64,000 bases of DNA from an uncultured Gemmatimonadales bacterium (lineage in GTDB: Bacteria > Gemmatimonadota > Gemmatimonadetes > Longimicrobiales > RSA9), in NCBI GenBank assembly GCA_963741945.1, contig CAVUKA010000006.1, forward strand, positions 96,001 to 160,000, read 5' to 3'. Below the pieces are notes generated by a model that did no database searches, was not told the DNA's origin, and worked only from the letters and a program-made list of their open reading frames with translations. This document shows positions 38,814-46,910 of the stretch, in pieces (the first letter of the stretch is position 1; each line of letters begins with the position of its first letter). Made by a program: the position numbers and the translations under genes.

Positions 38814-39953
38814 TCATCCCTTCGTGTGGTCCTGCCCGTCAGCCCCATCGGCCGGTTCGGCGGCCGCGTGGTCGGGCAGCGAGTCGCGAGGCAGCTCGAT
38901 GCGGAACACCGATCCTTCGCCCTCCTTCGACGTGAAGGAGATGCTGCCGCCGTGCTGGTGCACGATGCGGCGGGTGGTCAGCAGGCCGAGGCCCGTGCCC
39001 CGGTCCGAGCCCTTGGTCGTGAAGAACTTGGAGAACACTTTCCGGCTCAGCTCGTAGTCCATCCCCTTGCCGTTGTCGGCGACCTCGTAGACCAGGACGC
39101 CGTCCTCCTCGGAGACGGAGAGGCGGACGACGAATTCCCGCTGCTTCTCGGCCACCGTGCACGCGTCAATGGCGTTGGACACCAGGTTGGCGAGGCAGGT
39201 GTGGATCCCCGCCTCGTCCAGCAGCGCGGGGGCGATGCCGTCCTGCGGCTCGAAGTCGAGGCGGATGCCGGCGCGCGCGGCGCCGTCGCGGAAGAGGTCG
39301 GCGGCGTTCCTCGCCGGCAGCACGGGGTCGGTGAGTGCCACGACGGCCGGGCGTCCCTTGGCGAAGTCCAGGAACTCCTTGATGAAGGCGGAGATCCGGT
39401 TGACGTTCTGCTCCAGTGTGGTCCAGCCGCGAGCAATGCGCTCGTCGTCGCCGAGCTGGATGCCGGTATTCACGGCGTACATGCCGCCCTCGAGGCCCAT
39501 CAGGATGTTCTTCACGCCGTGGGCGACGCCGGCCACGGTCTCGCCTACGGCGGCGAGGCGCTCGGCTTCGCGCTTCTCACGCTCGAGGCGCTTTACGGCG
39601 GTGATGTCGGTGGACATCTCGATGACGTAGGGGATGTCGCCGTTGGGGCGGACCAGGGGTACCATGTGGACCAGGTAGTCGATCTCCCTGCCGTTCCCCA
39701 CCACGCCCTCCTCCTCCTGCTCCCGGATGGAGCCATCGGCAAACGTGGCGAGGGCGGCGCAGCGGAGGCAGGGCTCATCGCGCCCCTTGTGGACCTGATA
39801 ACAGGGGCGCCCCTGCCAGTCGCCGAACTCCGCCTCGAACGCCAGGTTCGCGTCCACGATCCCGTAGTTGCGACCGATGACGCTGATGGCCACCGGCACT
39901 TCGTCGTAGAGGTGGGCGTGGAGCCAGTCGCGGATCTCCGTGGTGTCCATCAT
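38814..39953 (-). CDS. Cytoplasmic PAS-domain histidine kinase
   Basis: PAS with C-x10-C-x2-C; VAHGVKNIL H-box, NLVSNAIDA, DNGKGM, FFTTK, GTGLGL. Confidence 0.9.
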   Translation of the reverse strand: MMDTTEIRDWLHAHLYDEVPVAISVIGRNYGIVDANLAFEAEFGDWQGRPCYQVHKGRDEPCLRCAALATFADGSIREQEEEGVVGNGREIDYLVHMVPLVRPNGDIPYVIEMSTDITAVKRLEREKREAERLAAVGETVAGVAHGVKNILMGLEGGMYAVNTGIQLGDDERIARGWTTLEQNVNRISAFIKEFLDFAKGRPAVVALTDPVLPARNAADLFRDGAARAGIRLDFEPQDGIAPALLDEAGIHTCLANLVSNAIDACTVAEKQREFVVRLSVSEEDGVLVYEVADNGKGMDYELSRKVFSKFFTTKGSDRGTGLGLLTTRRIVHQHGGSISFTSKEGEGSVFRIELPRDSLPDHAAAEPADGADGQDHTKG

Positions 39954-42007
39954 GGCAGCGACCCTCCTCCCCCGCTGGCCGGCGCGCGCGCGGCGGCCGT
40001 TCCCGCCACGGCGCGGGCGGCTTCCCCTGCCTGGCGGGCTGGCGCAAGCTCCTTCAGGCGGGCTCGACGATCCGCATCGTGGCACGTCTCACAGCGGGCC
40101 AGGTGCTCCGGGTGCTCGGCGGGAGCGTTCCGGACCTCGTCCTCGTGGCACTTCACGCACAGGCCGTGCATCGCGTCCATGTAGCCGGGTGCCGGGCGCC
40201 AGCGGGCATCCGCGGCGGGGATGATCCGGCTCTCGCCGGCGTCGCCGCCGTGGCATTCGCTGCACGCCGTGGCGGTGGCGTAGGTCTTGGTGGCCACGCC
40301 GGGGACGTGGCACTGGGCGCAGCCGTCGTCGCCCTGGAGCGCGGCCACGTGGGCCGCGTGGTCGAAGACCCCGGTGCTGTCGAACATGTCCCGGTGGCAG
40401 GCGGCGCAGCGGCTGGCGCGTTCCAGCGGGAGGTTGAGGTGGTGGCACGTGCCGCACGCCTGCTCGCCGCCGGTACGCTCGATGTGGGCGTCGTGGTCGA
40501 ACAGCACGGCGTTGCCGTCCCGGTCCCCATCCACGAGCAGGAGCATCGCTTCACGGGCGCGGGCGCTCCCCCCCGGGCCCTCCCCTGCGGATGCGCCCTC
40601 GACCGCGGCCACGGCCGACACGGGGGAGGAAGCCTCCTCGCCCACCCCGACCAGCGCCAGCGCCCTCCGGGCGCCGGGCCGCTCCAGGACCACGCCGGCC
40701 ACGGCGCGGGCATCCGTCACGGGGGCGGGCTTCGCCCGGGGCCCGGCCAGCGGCAGGAAGAGGAGCGCCACGGCGAACGCCACCACCGCGGCGGCGCTGT
40801 TCCTCCGGGGGCCGCCCAGGCGCGCCGGGAGCAGCCCGTGGACGGTGCCCGGGTCGAAGCTCCGGGGCCGTGCCCGGACGGTGTCGGTGGACACGTCGTC
40901 GTATACGTGCAGGTGCTCGGCGAAGAAGATGAAGACCAGCATGGCGCCGGCCACGATCCCAGCGCTGACCGCGAACTCCTCCCAGCTGGGGAAGTACGAC
41001 ATCCCCGCCGGCCGGGCGAACGCCAGCACGGAGACGTCGAGGCGGTAGAGGATCATCCCGGCCACGGTCATGGTGGCGGCAATGCCCACGCCCCGGATCG
41101 TGCGGCGGACCGCGGGGATGGCCATGAGCACCACGGGCACGCCCGCGCTCAGCGCCAGCTCGGCGACGAACAGCGCGCCGTGCCAGGAGGGGCGGAGCGC
41201 GCTCGTGAGGATGCCCCGGGCAGCCAGGTCCCCCAGGCGCAGGGCGAGGTAGAGGGAGAGCACCACGGCGGCGGCGGCGCCCAGCCCGGACATCTGGCGC
41301 GGGTGCAGCTCGTGGCCGAGAAAGCGTCGTGCGAACAGGGACTCCACCACCACCATGGAAAGCCCGAGGGCGACGGCGGAGACGAAGAAGAGCACGTAGA
41401 TGATCGGCGAGTACCAGAGCGGGTGCAGCCGGTAGGGCATGATCAGGAAGAGGGATCCCAACGACGACTGGTGCAGCGTGGACAGCATGATCCCGAGAAT
41501 GACCAGCGGGATCGTGGCCTTCCGGAGCACTCTCAGGGCGGCGCGGAACCCGCGCCAGCGGAAGAGCGGGTGCTCGAGGATCGCGGGGGCGAACTCGAGC
41601 CCGAGCACGGTGAGGTAGAGCATGACGCACATGGCCACTTCGAACAGCACGGAATGGTGCTGCCAGTGCACGAGCGGGTGCCAGATGCGCCACGGTAGGC
41701 CGAGGTCGTAGAGCAGCCCCACCGCCACGGCCACGTAGCCGAGGAACGCCGTAAGCACGGCGGGCCGGGCGAACGCGTGGTAGCGCTCAAGGTGGAAGAT
41801 GTAGACGGTGGCCGCCATGACGAAGCCGCCGGCGGCCAGCGCCACGCCGGACATGACGTCGAAGCCGATCCAGAGCCCCCACGGGGTGCCGTCGGAGAGA
41901 TGGGTCACGGCGCCGAGGCCGCGGGTGTAGCGCACCACGCTCACGGCCACGAGGACCCCCACGAGCGTCCACAGGACCAGCTTCAGCCGCGCCAGCCGCT
42001 CACGCAT
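39950..42007 (-). CDS. NrfD/HmcC (HybB-like) membrane subunit fused to a six-heme cytochrome c3-type domain
   Basis: PWGLWIGFDV..GVALAAGGF, DLGLPWR, SVLFEVAMC, LSTLHQSSLG, LHPLW, YFPSW.E; then FDHDAH/FDHAAH and six CxxCH. Confidence 0.88.
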   Translation of the reverse strand: MRERLARLKLVLWTLVGVLVAVSVVRYTRGLGAVTHLSDGTPWGLWIGFDVMSGVALAAGGFVMAATVYIFHLERYHAFARPAVLTAFLGYVAVAVGLLYDLGLPWRIWHPLVHWQHHSVLFEVAMCVMLYLTVLGLEFAPAILEHPLFRWRGFRAALRVLRKATIPLVILGIMLSTLHQSSLGSLFLIMPYRLHPLWYSPIIYVLFFVSAVALGLSMVVVESLFARRFLGHELHPRQMSGLGAAAAVVLSLYLALRLGDLAARGILTSALRPSWHGALFVAELALSAGVPVVLMAIPAVRRTIRGVGIAATMTVAGMILYRLDVSVLAFARPAGMSYFPSWEEFAVSAGIVAGAMLVFIFFAEHLHVYDDVSTDTVRARPRSFDPGTVHGLLPARLGGPRRNSAAAVVAFAVALLFLPLAGPRAKPAPVTDARAVAGVVLERPGARRALALVGVGEEASSPVSAVAAVEGASAGEGPGGSARAREAMLLLVDGDRDGNAVLFDHDAHIERTGGEQACGTCHHLNLPLERASRCAACHRDMFDSTGVFDHAAHVAALQGDDGCAQCHVPGVATKTYATATACSECHGGDAGESRIIPAADARWRPAPGYMDAMHGLCVKCHEDEVRNAPAEHPEHLARCETCHDADRRARLKELAPARQAGEAARAVAGTAAARAPASGGGGSLP

Positions 42008-42797
42008 GATCACCTCCCTCGGAGCCGGGCGCCGCGTGCACGTCCGCCGCTTCCGCCGCCCGCTGCATGCGACGCTGGATTACCCAGTAGACCCCGCCCA
42101 TGACCGTCCCCATCCCCAGGAACACGCCGGGCACCTTCTCCAGCGACGCCCAGGAGAGGAGCGGGAGCGGGCCGTCGCCCACGTGGCCACCCCATCCGAG
42201 GAAGCCGAGGGAAGCGTCGGAGATGTAGAGCACCGACGTGCCGCCCACTTCCTTCTCGCCCCACACGTGGTCGATGTAACGCTCGGGCGCGGCGGCAATG
42301 CGGGCGTGGGCCTCCCGCAGCACGTCGTCCCGGGAGCCGAAGTGGAGCGCCTTCTCCGGGCACGCCTCCACGCATGCCGGCTCCTTCCCCTCCTTCAGTC
42401 GCGGATAGCACATCTCGCACTTCCGCACGTAGGGCACGGCCTCGTCCCAGTCGTAGCGGGGAATCCCGTACGGGCAGGCCACCATGCAGTAGCGGCAGCC
42501 GATGCAGAGCGAGGAGTCGTAGAGCACCGGCCCTTCCGGCGACTTCTGCATGGCCCCCACCAGGCACGCGCTCACGCACGCCGGCTCCAGGCAATGGCGG
42601 CACTGCTGCTTCACGTACAGGTCGCCCGGGCGCCGGAGCACGGTGGAGAAGCGGCGAGCGGACAGGTCGTCCACCGCTTCCTGCCCGGGCCCCATGCCGT
42701 CGGGCGGAAGGTGGTTTTCCTCCTTGCACGCCACCACGCACGTCTCGCAGCCGACGCAGCGCGTGGTGTCCACCAGGATGGCAGGCGAGCGGATCAT
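42000..42797 (-). CDS. 4x[4Fe-4S] protein, HmcB/HybA/NrfC family
   Basis: CVGCETCVVAC, CRHCLEPACVSAC, CIGCRYCMVACP, CEMC..PACVEACP, EKEVGGTS; C-terminal TM. Confidence 0.88.
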   Translation of the reverse strand: MIRSPAILVDTTRCVGCETCVVACKEENHLPPDGMGPGQEAVDDLSARRFSTVLRRPGDLYVKQQCRHCLEPACVSACLVGAMQKSPEGPVLYDSSLCIGCRYCMVACPYGIPRYDWDEAVPYVRKCEMCYPRLKEGKEPACVEACPEKALHFGSRDDVLREAHARIAAAPERYIDHVWGEKEVGGTSVLYISDASLGFLGWGGHVGDGPLPLLSWASLEKVPGVFLGMGTVMGGVYWVIQRRMQRAAEAADVHAAPGSEGGDHA

Positions 42798-43495
42798 ATC
42801 GGTTCACCCTCCTTCCCCAGCGCGGCGCCGACGCGGGCCCCGGCATCCCGGGGCCAGTGCCAGGCCGCTTCCGACACCAGCTGGGCCAGGGGCAGCAGGA
42901 ACATGTGGCTGAGCTTGCTTACGGGGACGAGCAGGAAGAGCAGGTCCCCGGCGAGCACGTGAGCGAGGAAGACCGGCTGGAACGCGAAGGGGTTCCACGC
43001 CGGGTGCATGGTCATGAAGCCCGTGGCGAACGTGGCGGCGATCATGACCGGGAGCGCGTAGTCCTGGAAGCGCCCCAGGGCGCGGGCGGCCCGGATCGTC
43101 GCCCGCTGGATGATGACAGCGAGGGCCGCGACCACCACGACCGTGGTGAGGACGGTGGCCACAGCGTTCGGCAGTGCGGGCCAGGACAGGCCGATGGCGC
43201 GCTCCCAGAGCGCGATGTGACCGGCCAGGAAGAGCGGCACCGCGATCACCGCCAGATGGAAGACCATGGTGGTGACGCTGTACGGCCAGCGCCGCAGCAG
43301 CCGGCGGGTGGGGAAAAGCCAGCCCGCCGTGGTCGCCGCCACCGTGCGGCCCGGGAACTTCCTGTCGCCCGCCAGGCGACGCACCCGGGCCAGCTCCCAC
43401 GCCACCAGGGCGAGCTCCCGGAGCAGCCCCAGGACCATGAACGCCAGCGCCGCCCAGAAGAGCGGTCCGCGGGCCCAGCTCAGCCATGCCTCCAT
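42794..43495 (-). CDS. NarI-like cytochrome b subunit (HmcE/TmcC-like)
   Basis: WARGPLF, FH...VPLFLAGH, AHVLAGD...P.SKLSH (four His). Confidence 0.82.
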   Translation of the reverse strand: MEAWLSWARGPLFWAALAFMVLGLLRELALVAWELARVRRLAGDRKFPGRTVAATTAGWLFPTRRLLRRWPYSVTTMVFHLAVIAVPLFLAGHIALWERAIGLSWPALPNAVATVLTTVVVVAALAVIIQRATIRAARALGRFQDYALPVMIAATFATGFMTMHPAWNPFAFQPVFLAHVLAGDLLFLLVPVSKLSHMFLLPLAQLVSEAAWHWPRDAGARVGAALGKEGEPI

Positions 43496-43498
43496 GGG

Positions 43499-44887
43499 TC
43501 AGCCCTCCCCGTTGCCGTGGCCGTTGCCGTCACGGCCGCCGAAGTCGATGACGCGGAGCAGGAGGTCGTGCAGGCCCACCACCTCCACCTCGTCCAGGCC
43601 GTTGTCCTGGCACAGCTCCTTCAGCTGCTTCTTGCAGTTGGCGCACGGCGCCACCACGTATTTCGCCCCCGTCTCCCGGATCTGGTCCGCCTTCCGCTTG
43701 CCCAGCGGGCCGGTGCGGAACGCCCGGATCTCGTCGATGGAGACCGTCCCGCCCCCACCGCCGCAGCAGTAGTTGCGCGTGCGGTTCGGCGTCATCTCGG
43801 CGTAGTCCGCGCAGATGGTCTTGAGGATCTCGCGGGGCTGCTCGGTGATGCGCCCCACCCGGGCGATGTTGCACGGGTCGTGGTAGGTGACCCGCTCCAG
43901 GATCTTCTCGTCCTTCAGTGGGATTCGCCCCGCTTCCAGCTGCTCGTGCGCGTACTCCAGGCAGTTCACCACCTGCGGCGCGTCGGGGCCGCAGAACGTG
44001 GGGATGAACCAGGCGGACCGCGTGGCGTGGCCGCACTCCCCCACCAGGATCTTCTTCGCCCCCAGCCGGTTCGCCTCCGCCACCACGTTTCGGACGATGC
44101 GCTCCATTATCCGGTCGCTGTAGAACAGGCCGTAGTTGATCCCGTCGTAGTTGTGCGTCCCGATGGTCCAGGAGCCGCCGGTGACGTGCATCACGGCCGC
44201 GTTTCCCATGAGCGTGTCCGCTTCCATGATGAAGTCGGAGACGGCAGGGAAGAACGCGAACTCGGACCCCTCCACGTCGAACGGGTACTTCACGTCCACG
44301 CCGTAGATCTCCTGGAGCTCCTCCTCCAGGAACTCGCACGTGTCCTTCAGCGCAGGGAGCGGAATCGCCGACGTGTTCCCTGTCTTCCCATCCAGCTGCT
44401 CGCGCACGGACACGAGCAGGGCGCGCGGAATGATTCCCACCTCCGCCAGGATCCAGCGCCCCAGGTGCGTGACCAGCCCGTGGTCCAGCCCCATGGGGCA
44501 GCTGTCCTTGCACCGGCGGCACGCCGTGCAGCGGTAGTAGTCCTCCGCCATCCGGTCGATATACGCGTCCGTGAGCGTGAAGCCCCCGCCCAGCCGCGCC
44601 TTCAGTATCCCCCAGGTCGTGAAGTAGCGGCGGTACACCCGCAGCAGCAGCTCCGAGCGCTCGCACGGGATGTCACGGTCCTCGCCCGTGGCCTCGTAGA
44701 GCTGGCACTCCGCGGCGCAGCGGCCGCAGCGGGCGCTCAGACGCGCGTACGTCTCCAGCGCCACCTGGTAGCTCCCGTGTTCCAGAATCGCCGAGAACGC
44801 TTCCAGGAACCGCCGCGGACGCTCCGTCAACTCCAGCGCCCGCTGCTCCACGTGATAGCTGTACTTCGTCGGTGTCGGCACCTTCAC
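43499..44887 (-). CDS. HdrD/DsrK-related Fe-S CCG-domain protein (HmcF/TmcB-like)
   Basis: SARCGRCAAEC (first Cys replaced), CTACRRCKDSCP, GECGH, YHDPCN, YCCGGGGG, APCANC. Confidence 0.85.
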   Translation of the reverse strand: MKVPTPTKYSYHVEQRALELTERPRRFLEAFSAILEHGSYQVALETYARLSARCGRCAAECQLYEATGEDRDIPCERSELLLRVYRRYFTTWGILKARLGGGFTLTDAYIDRMAEDYYRCTACRRCKDSCPMGLDHGLVTHLGRWILAEVGIIPRALLVSVREQLDGKTGNTSAIPLPALKDTCEFLEEELQEIYGVDVKYPFDVEGSEFAFFPAVSDFIMEADTLMGNAAVMHVTGGSWTIGTHNYDGINYGLFYSDRIMERIVRNVVAEANRLGAKKILVGECGHATRSAWFIPTFCGPDAPQVVNCLEYAHEQLEAGRIPLKDEKILERVTYHDPCNIARVGRITEQPREILKTICADYAEMTPNRTRNYCCGGGGGTVSIDEIRAFRTGPLGKRKADQIRETGAKYVVAPCANCKKQLKELCQDNGLDEVEVVGLHDLLLRVIDFGGRDGNGHGNGEG

Positions 44888-45252
44888 CGCTCCATGATCG
44901 GGTCACCCCCGGGAGGCGGCCCCTCGGCCACCGGCAGCTCGGTGCCCGGCACCAGCTGCCCCCGGATGTACATGTCGAGCAGATCCTCCACCCGCCCCAC
45001 CACCCACGAGATCACCTGGAACCCGCTCGCCCGCACCAGATCCTCGTAGTGGTCCTCCATCCCCCCGCAGATCAGTGTGTTCACCTCCTGATCTCGCAGC
45101 AGACGCACACGGTCGAACGGGTCGCGACTGCGCAGCGGGAAATCCATCTGGTCCACCACCCTGCCTCCCGACACTGTGAACACTGCCATCGTGGCGCAGT
45201 ACTCGAAGCACGGCGCCACCGTCTCACCCATCCGCGGAACCGCGATCTTCAT
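44884..45252 (-). CDS. NifB/NifX (Orp-like) dinitrogenase FeMo-cofactor-family protein
   Basis: MKIAVP...VAPCF, VNTLICGG, ..V.DLL..Y.RGQL; GGAGGAG SD. Confidence 0.75.
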   Translation of the reverse strand: MKIAVPRMGETVAPCFEYCATMAVFTVSGGRVVDQMDFPLRSRDPFDRVRLLRDQEVNTLICGGMEDHYEDLVRASGFQVISWVVGRVEDLLDMYIRGQLVPGTELPVAEGPPPGGDPIMER

Positions 45253-45286
45253 GGTGGCACTCCTCCGATGGCTGCCCCGGTACAGG

Positions 45287-45301
45287 GCAAGCGCCGGACC
45301 C
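45287..45301 (-). promoter_or_regulatory. Predicted sigma-54 (-24/-12) promoter of the NifX/Hmc-like operon
   Basis: Minus strand reads GGGTCCGGCGCTTGC: GG and TTGC at canonical spacing, ~35 nt upstream of the ATG. Confidence 0.5.
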
Positions 45302-45424
45302 ACCGGGGCACGGGCGGACAGGATCCGTCTAAGTGGCTGGGCTACAGTGCGTTAAGCGGAACATTCTGAGGTGGGGCCAGGGCCGCGGCCGCGCGGCCTT
45401 TGGTGCAACAGTGAAAGGATCGGT

Positions 45425-45440
45425 TGTTTCAGATGTTACA
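45425..45440. promoter_or_regulatory. Candidate enhancer-binding-protein site (UAS)
   Basis: Imperfect palindrome TGTTTCAGATGTTACA (TGT-N10-ACA) ~125-140 nt upstream of the sigma-54 motif. Confidence 0.4.
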
Positions 45441-46812
45441 CACCTGGAACATGCCCGGGCGGCGTCGTGCGGAAACCGCCGGGCTCGATCCCGTACTTTT
45501 TCATCTTGCGCCAGAGCGTGGTGCGGCTGATGCGCAGCTCGTGGGCGGTTCGCCCCTGGTGACCGTGGTTGCGACTGAGGGCGAGGCGGATGGCGTCGGC
45601 CTCGCTGTCCTCGAGGGGGCGGGCGGGGCGGCGCTCCGTCGCGGTGGCGCCCTGGATGTCCTCGGGGAGGTGGCGGACATCGATGAAGCGGTTGTGACAG
45701 AGGACGAAGGCGTACTCGATGATGTTCTCGAGCTCGCGCACGTTGCCGGGGAAGTCGTGGCGCATGAGGATCTCCATGACGGCCGGCGTGACGCCCTGGA
45801 TGCTCTTGGCCTGCTTGGCGTTGAAGCGCTCGACGAAGTGTGCGACGAGGTGGGGGATGTCCTCGCGGCGCTTCAGGAGAGGCGGGATGGAGAGGCGGAC
45901 GACGGCGAGGCGGAAGTAGAGGTCGTCGCGGAATTGCGAATCGGCCACGAGGCGGGCGAGGTCCTTGTTGGTGGCGGCGACGATGCGGATGTCGGCGCGT
46001 TTGGTCTGCACGCTGCCGAGCGGGCTGTACTCCCGCTGTTGCACGACCCGGAGCAGCTTGACCTGGGTCTCGTGGGGGAGCTCCCCGATCTCATCGAAGA
46101 AGATGGTGCCACCCTGCGCCTCCGTGATCCGCCCCGGCTTGTCCTGGCGCGCGTCGGTGAAAGCGCCACGCTTGTAGCCGAAGAGCTCGGATTCGAAGAG
46201 GTTGGGCGGGAGCGTTCCGCAGTTCACGACCACGTACGGCTGGTCGCGGCGAGGGCTGAGGTTGTGGATCGCGCGCGCGAGCAGCTCCTTGCCGGACCCG
46301 CTCGGCCCCTCGATGAGGACCGTGCTGTCGCTGGCGGCAATGTCGGGGAGGAGCGCGAAGATCTTCTGGAAGGCCTCGCTCCGCCCGATGATGTCCTCGA
46401 ACGTGTAGCGGCTGTGGATCTCGCGCCGCAGCTGCTCGACGGTGGACATGTCGCGGAAGGTCTCCACGGCCCCGAGCAGCGTGCCATCGCGGGCGCGCAG
46501 CACCGCACTGCTCACCGCGATGGGGACGGAGCGGCCGCGCCGCGTCAGGATGCGGGCGGGTCGATCGATGACTTCGTGGTCCTGTTCGAGCGATTCACGG
46601 AGCGGGCAGGCGCACTCGCACAGGTCGGAGTGGAACACGTCCGAGCAGCGCCGCCCCACGGCGCGCTCCGCGGACACGCCGGTGATGCGGGCGGCAGCCG
46701 GGTTGAAGGACGTGATCCGCCATTCCCGGTCGATCGTGAAGACGCCCTCCGTGACACAACGGAGGACCGTCTCGAAGAACCGGTTCTCGTCTCCCAGGTC
46801 CTGTCCGGCCAT
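45436..46812 (-). CDS. PAS-domain sigma-54-dependent transcriptional activator (OrpR-like)
   Basis: PAS with C-x8-C-x3-C; GPSGSGKE, ESELFG, GAFTDA, FFDEIGE, FPGNVRELEN, C-terminal Fis HTH. Confidence 0.9.
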   Translation of the reverse strand: MAGQDLGDENRFFETVLRCVTEGVFTIDREWRITSFNPAAARITGVSAERAVGRRCSDVFHSDLCECACPLRESLEQDHEVIDRPARILTRRGRSVPIAVSSAVLRARDGTLLGAVETFRDMSTVEQLRREIHSRYTFEDIIGRSEAFQKIFALLPDIAASDSTVLIEGPSGSGKELLARAIHNLSPRRDQPYVVVNCGTLPPNLFESELFGYKRGAFTDARQDKPGRITEAQGGTIFFDEIGELPHETQVKLLRVVQQREYSPLGSVQTKRADIRIVAATNKDLARLVADSQFRDDLYFRLAVVRLSIPPLLKRREDIPHLVAHFVERFNAKQAKSIQGVTPAVMEILMRHDFPGNVRELENIIEYAFVLCHNRFIDVRHLPEDIQGATATERRPARPLEDSEADAIRLALSRNHGHQGRTAHELRISRTTLWRKMKKYGIEPGGFRTTPPGHVPGV

Positions 46813-46910
46813 GGGCGCCTCCTCACGAGCCGGGGCCCCCGATCCTCGCTCCCGCTGCGGCCGCCCGCGGTCTGTCGAGCCCGCCGCCTCGCCCGCCGCC
46901 TCGACTCCGC

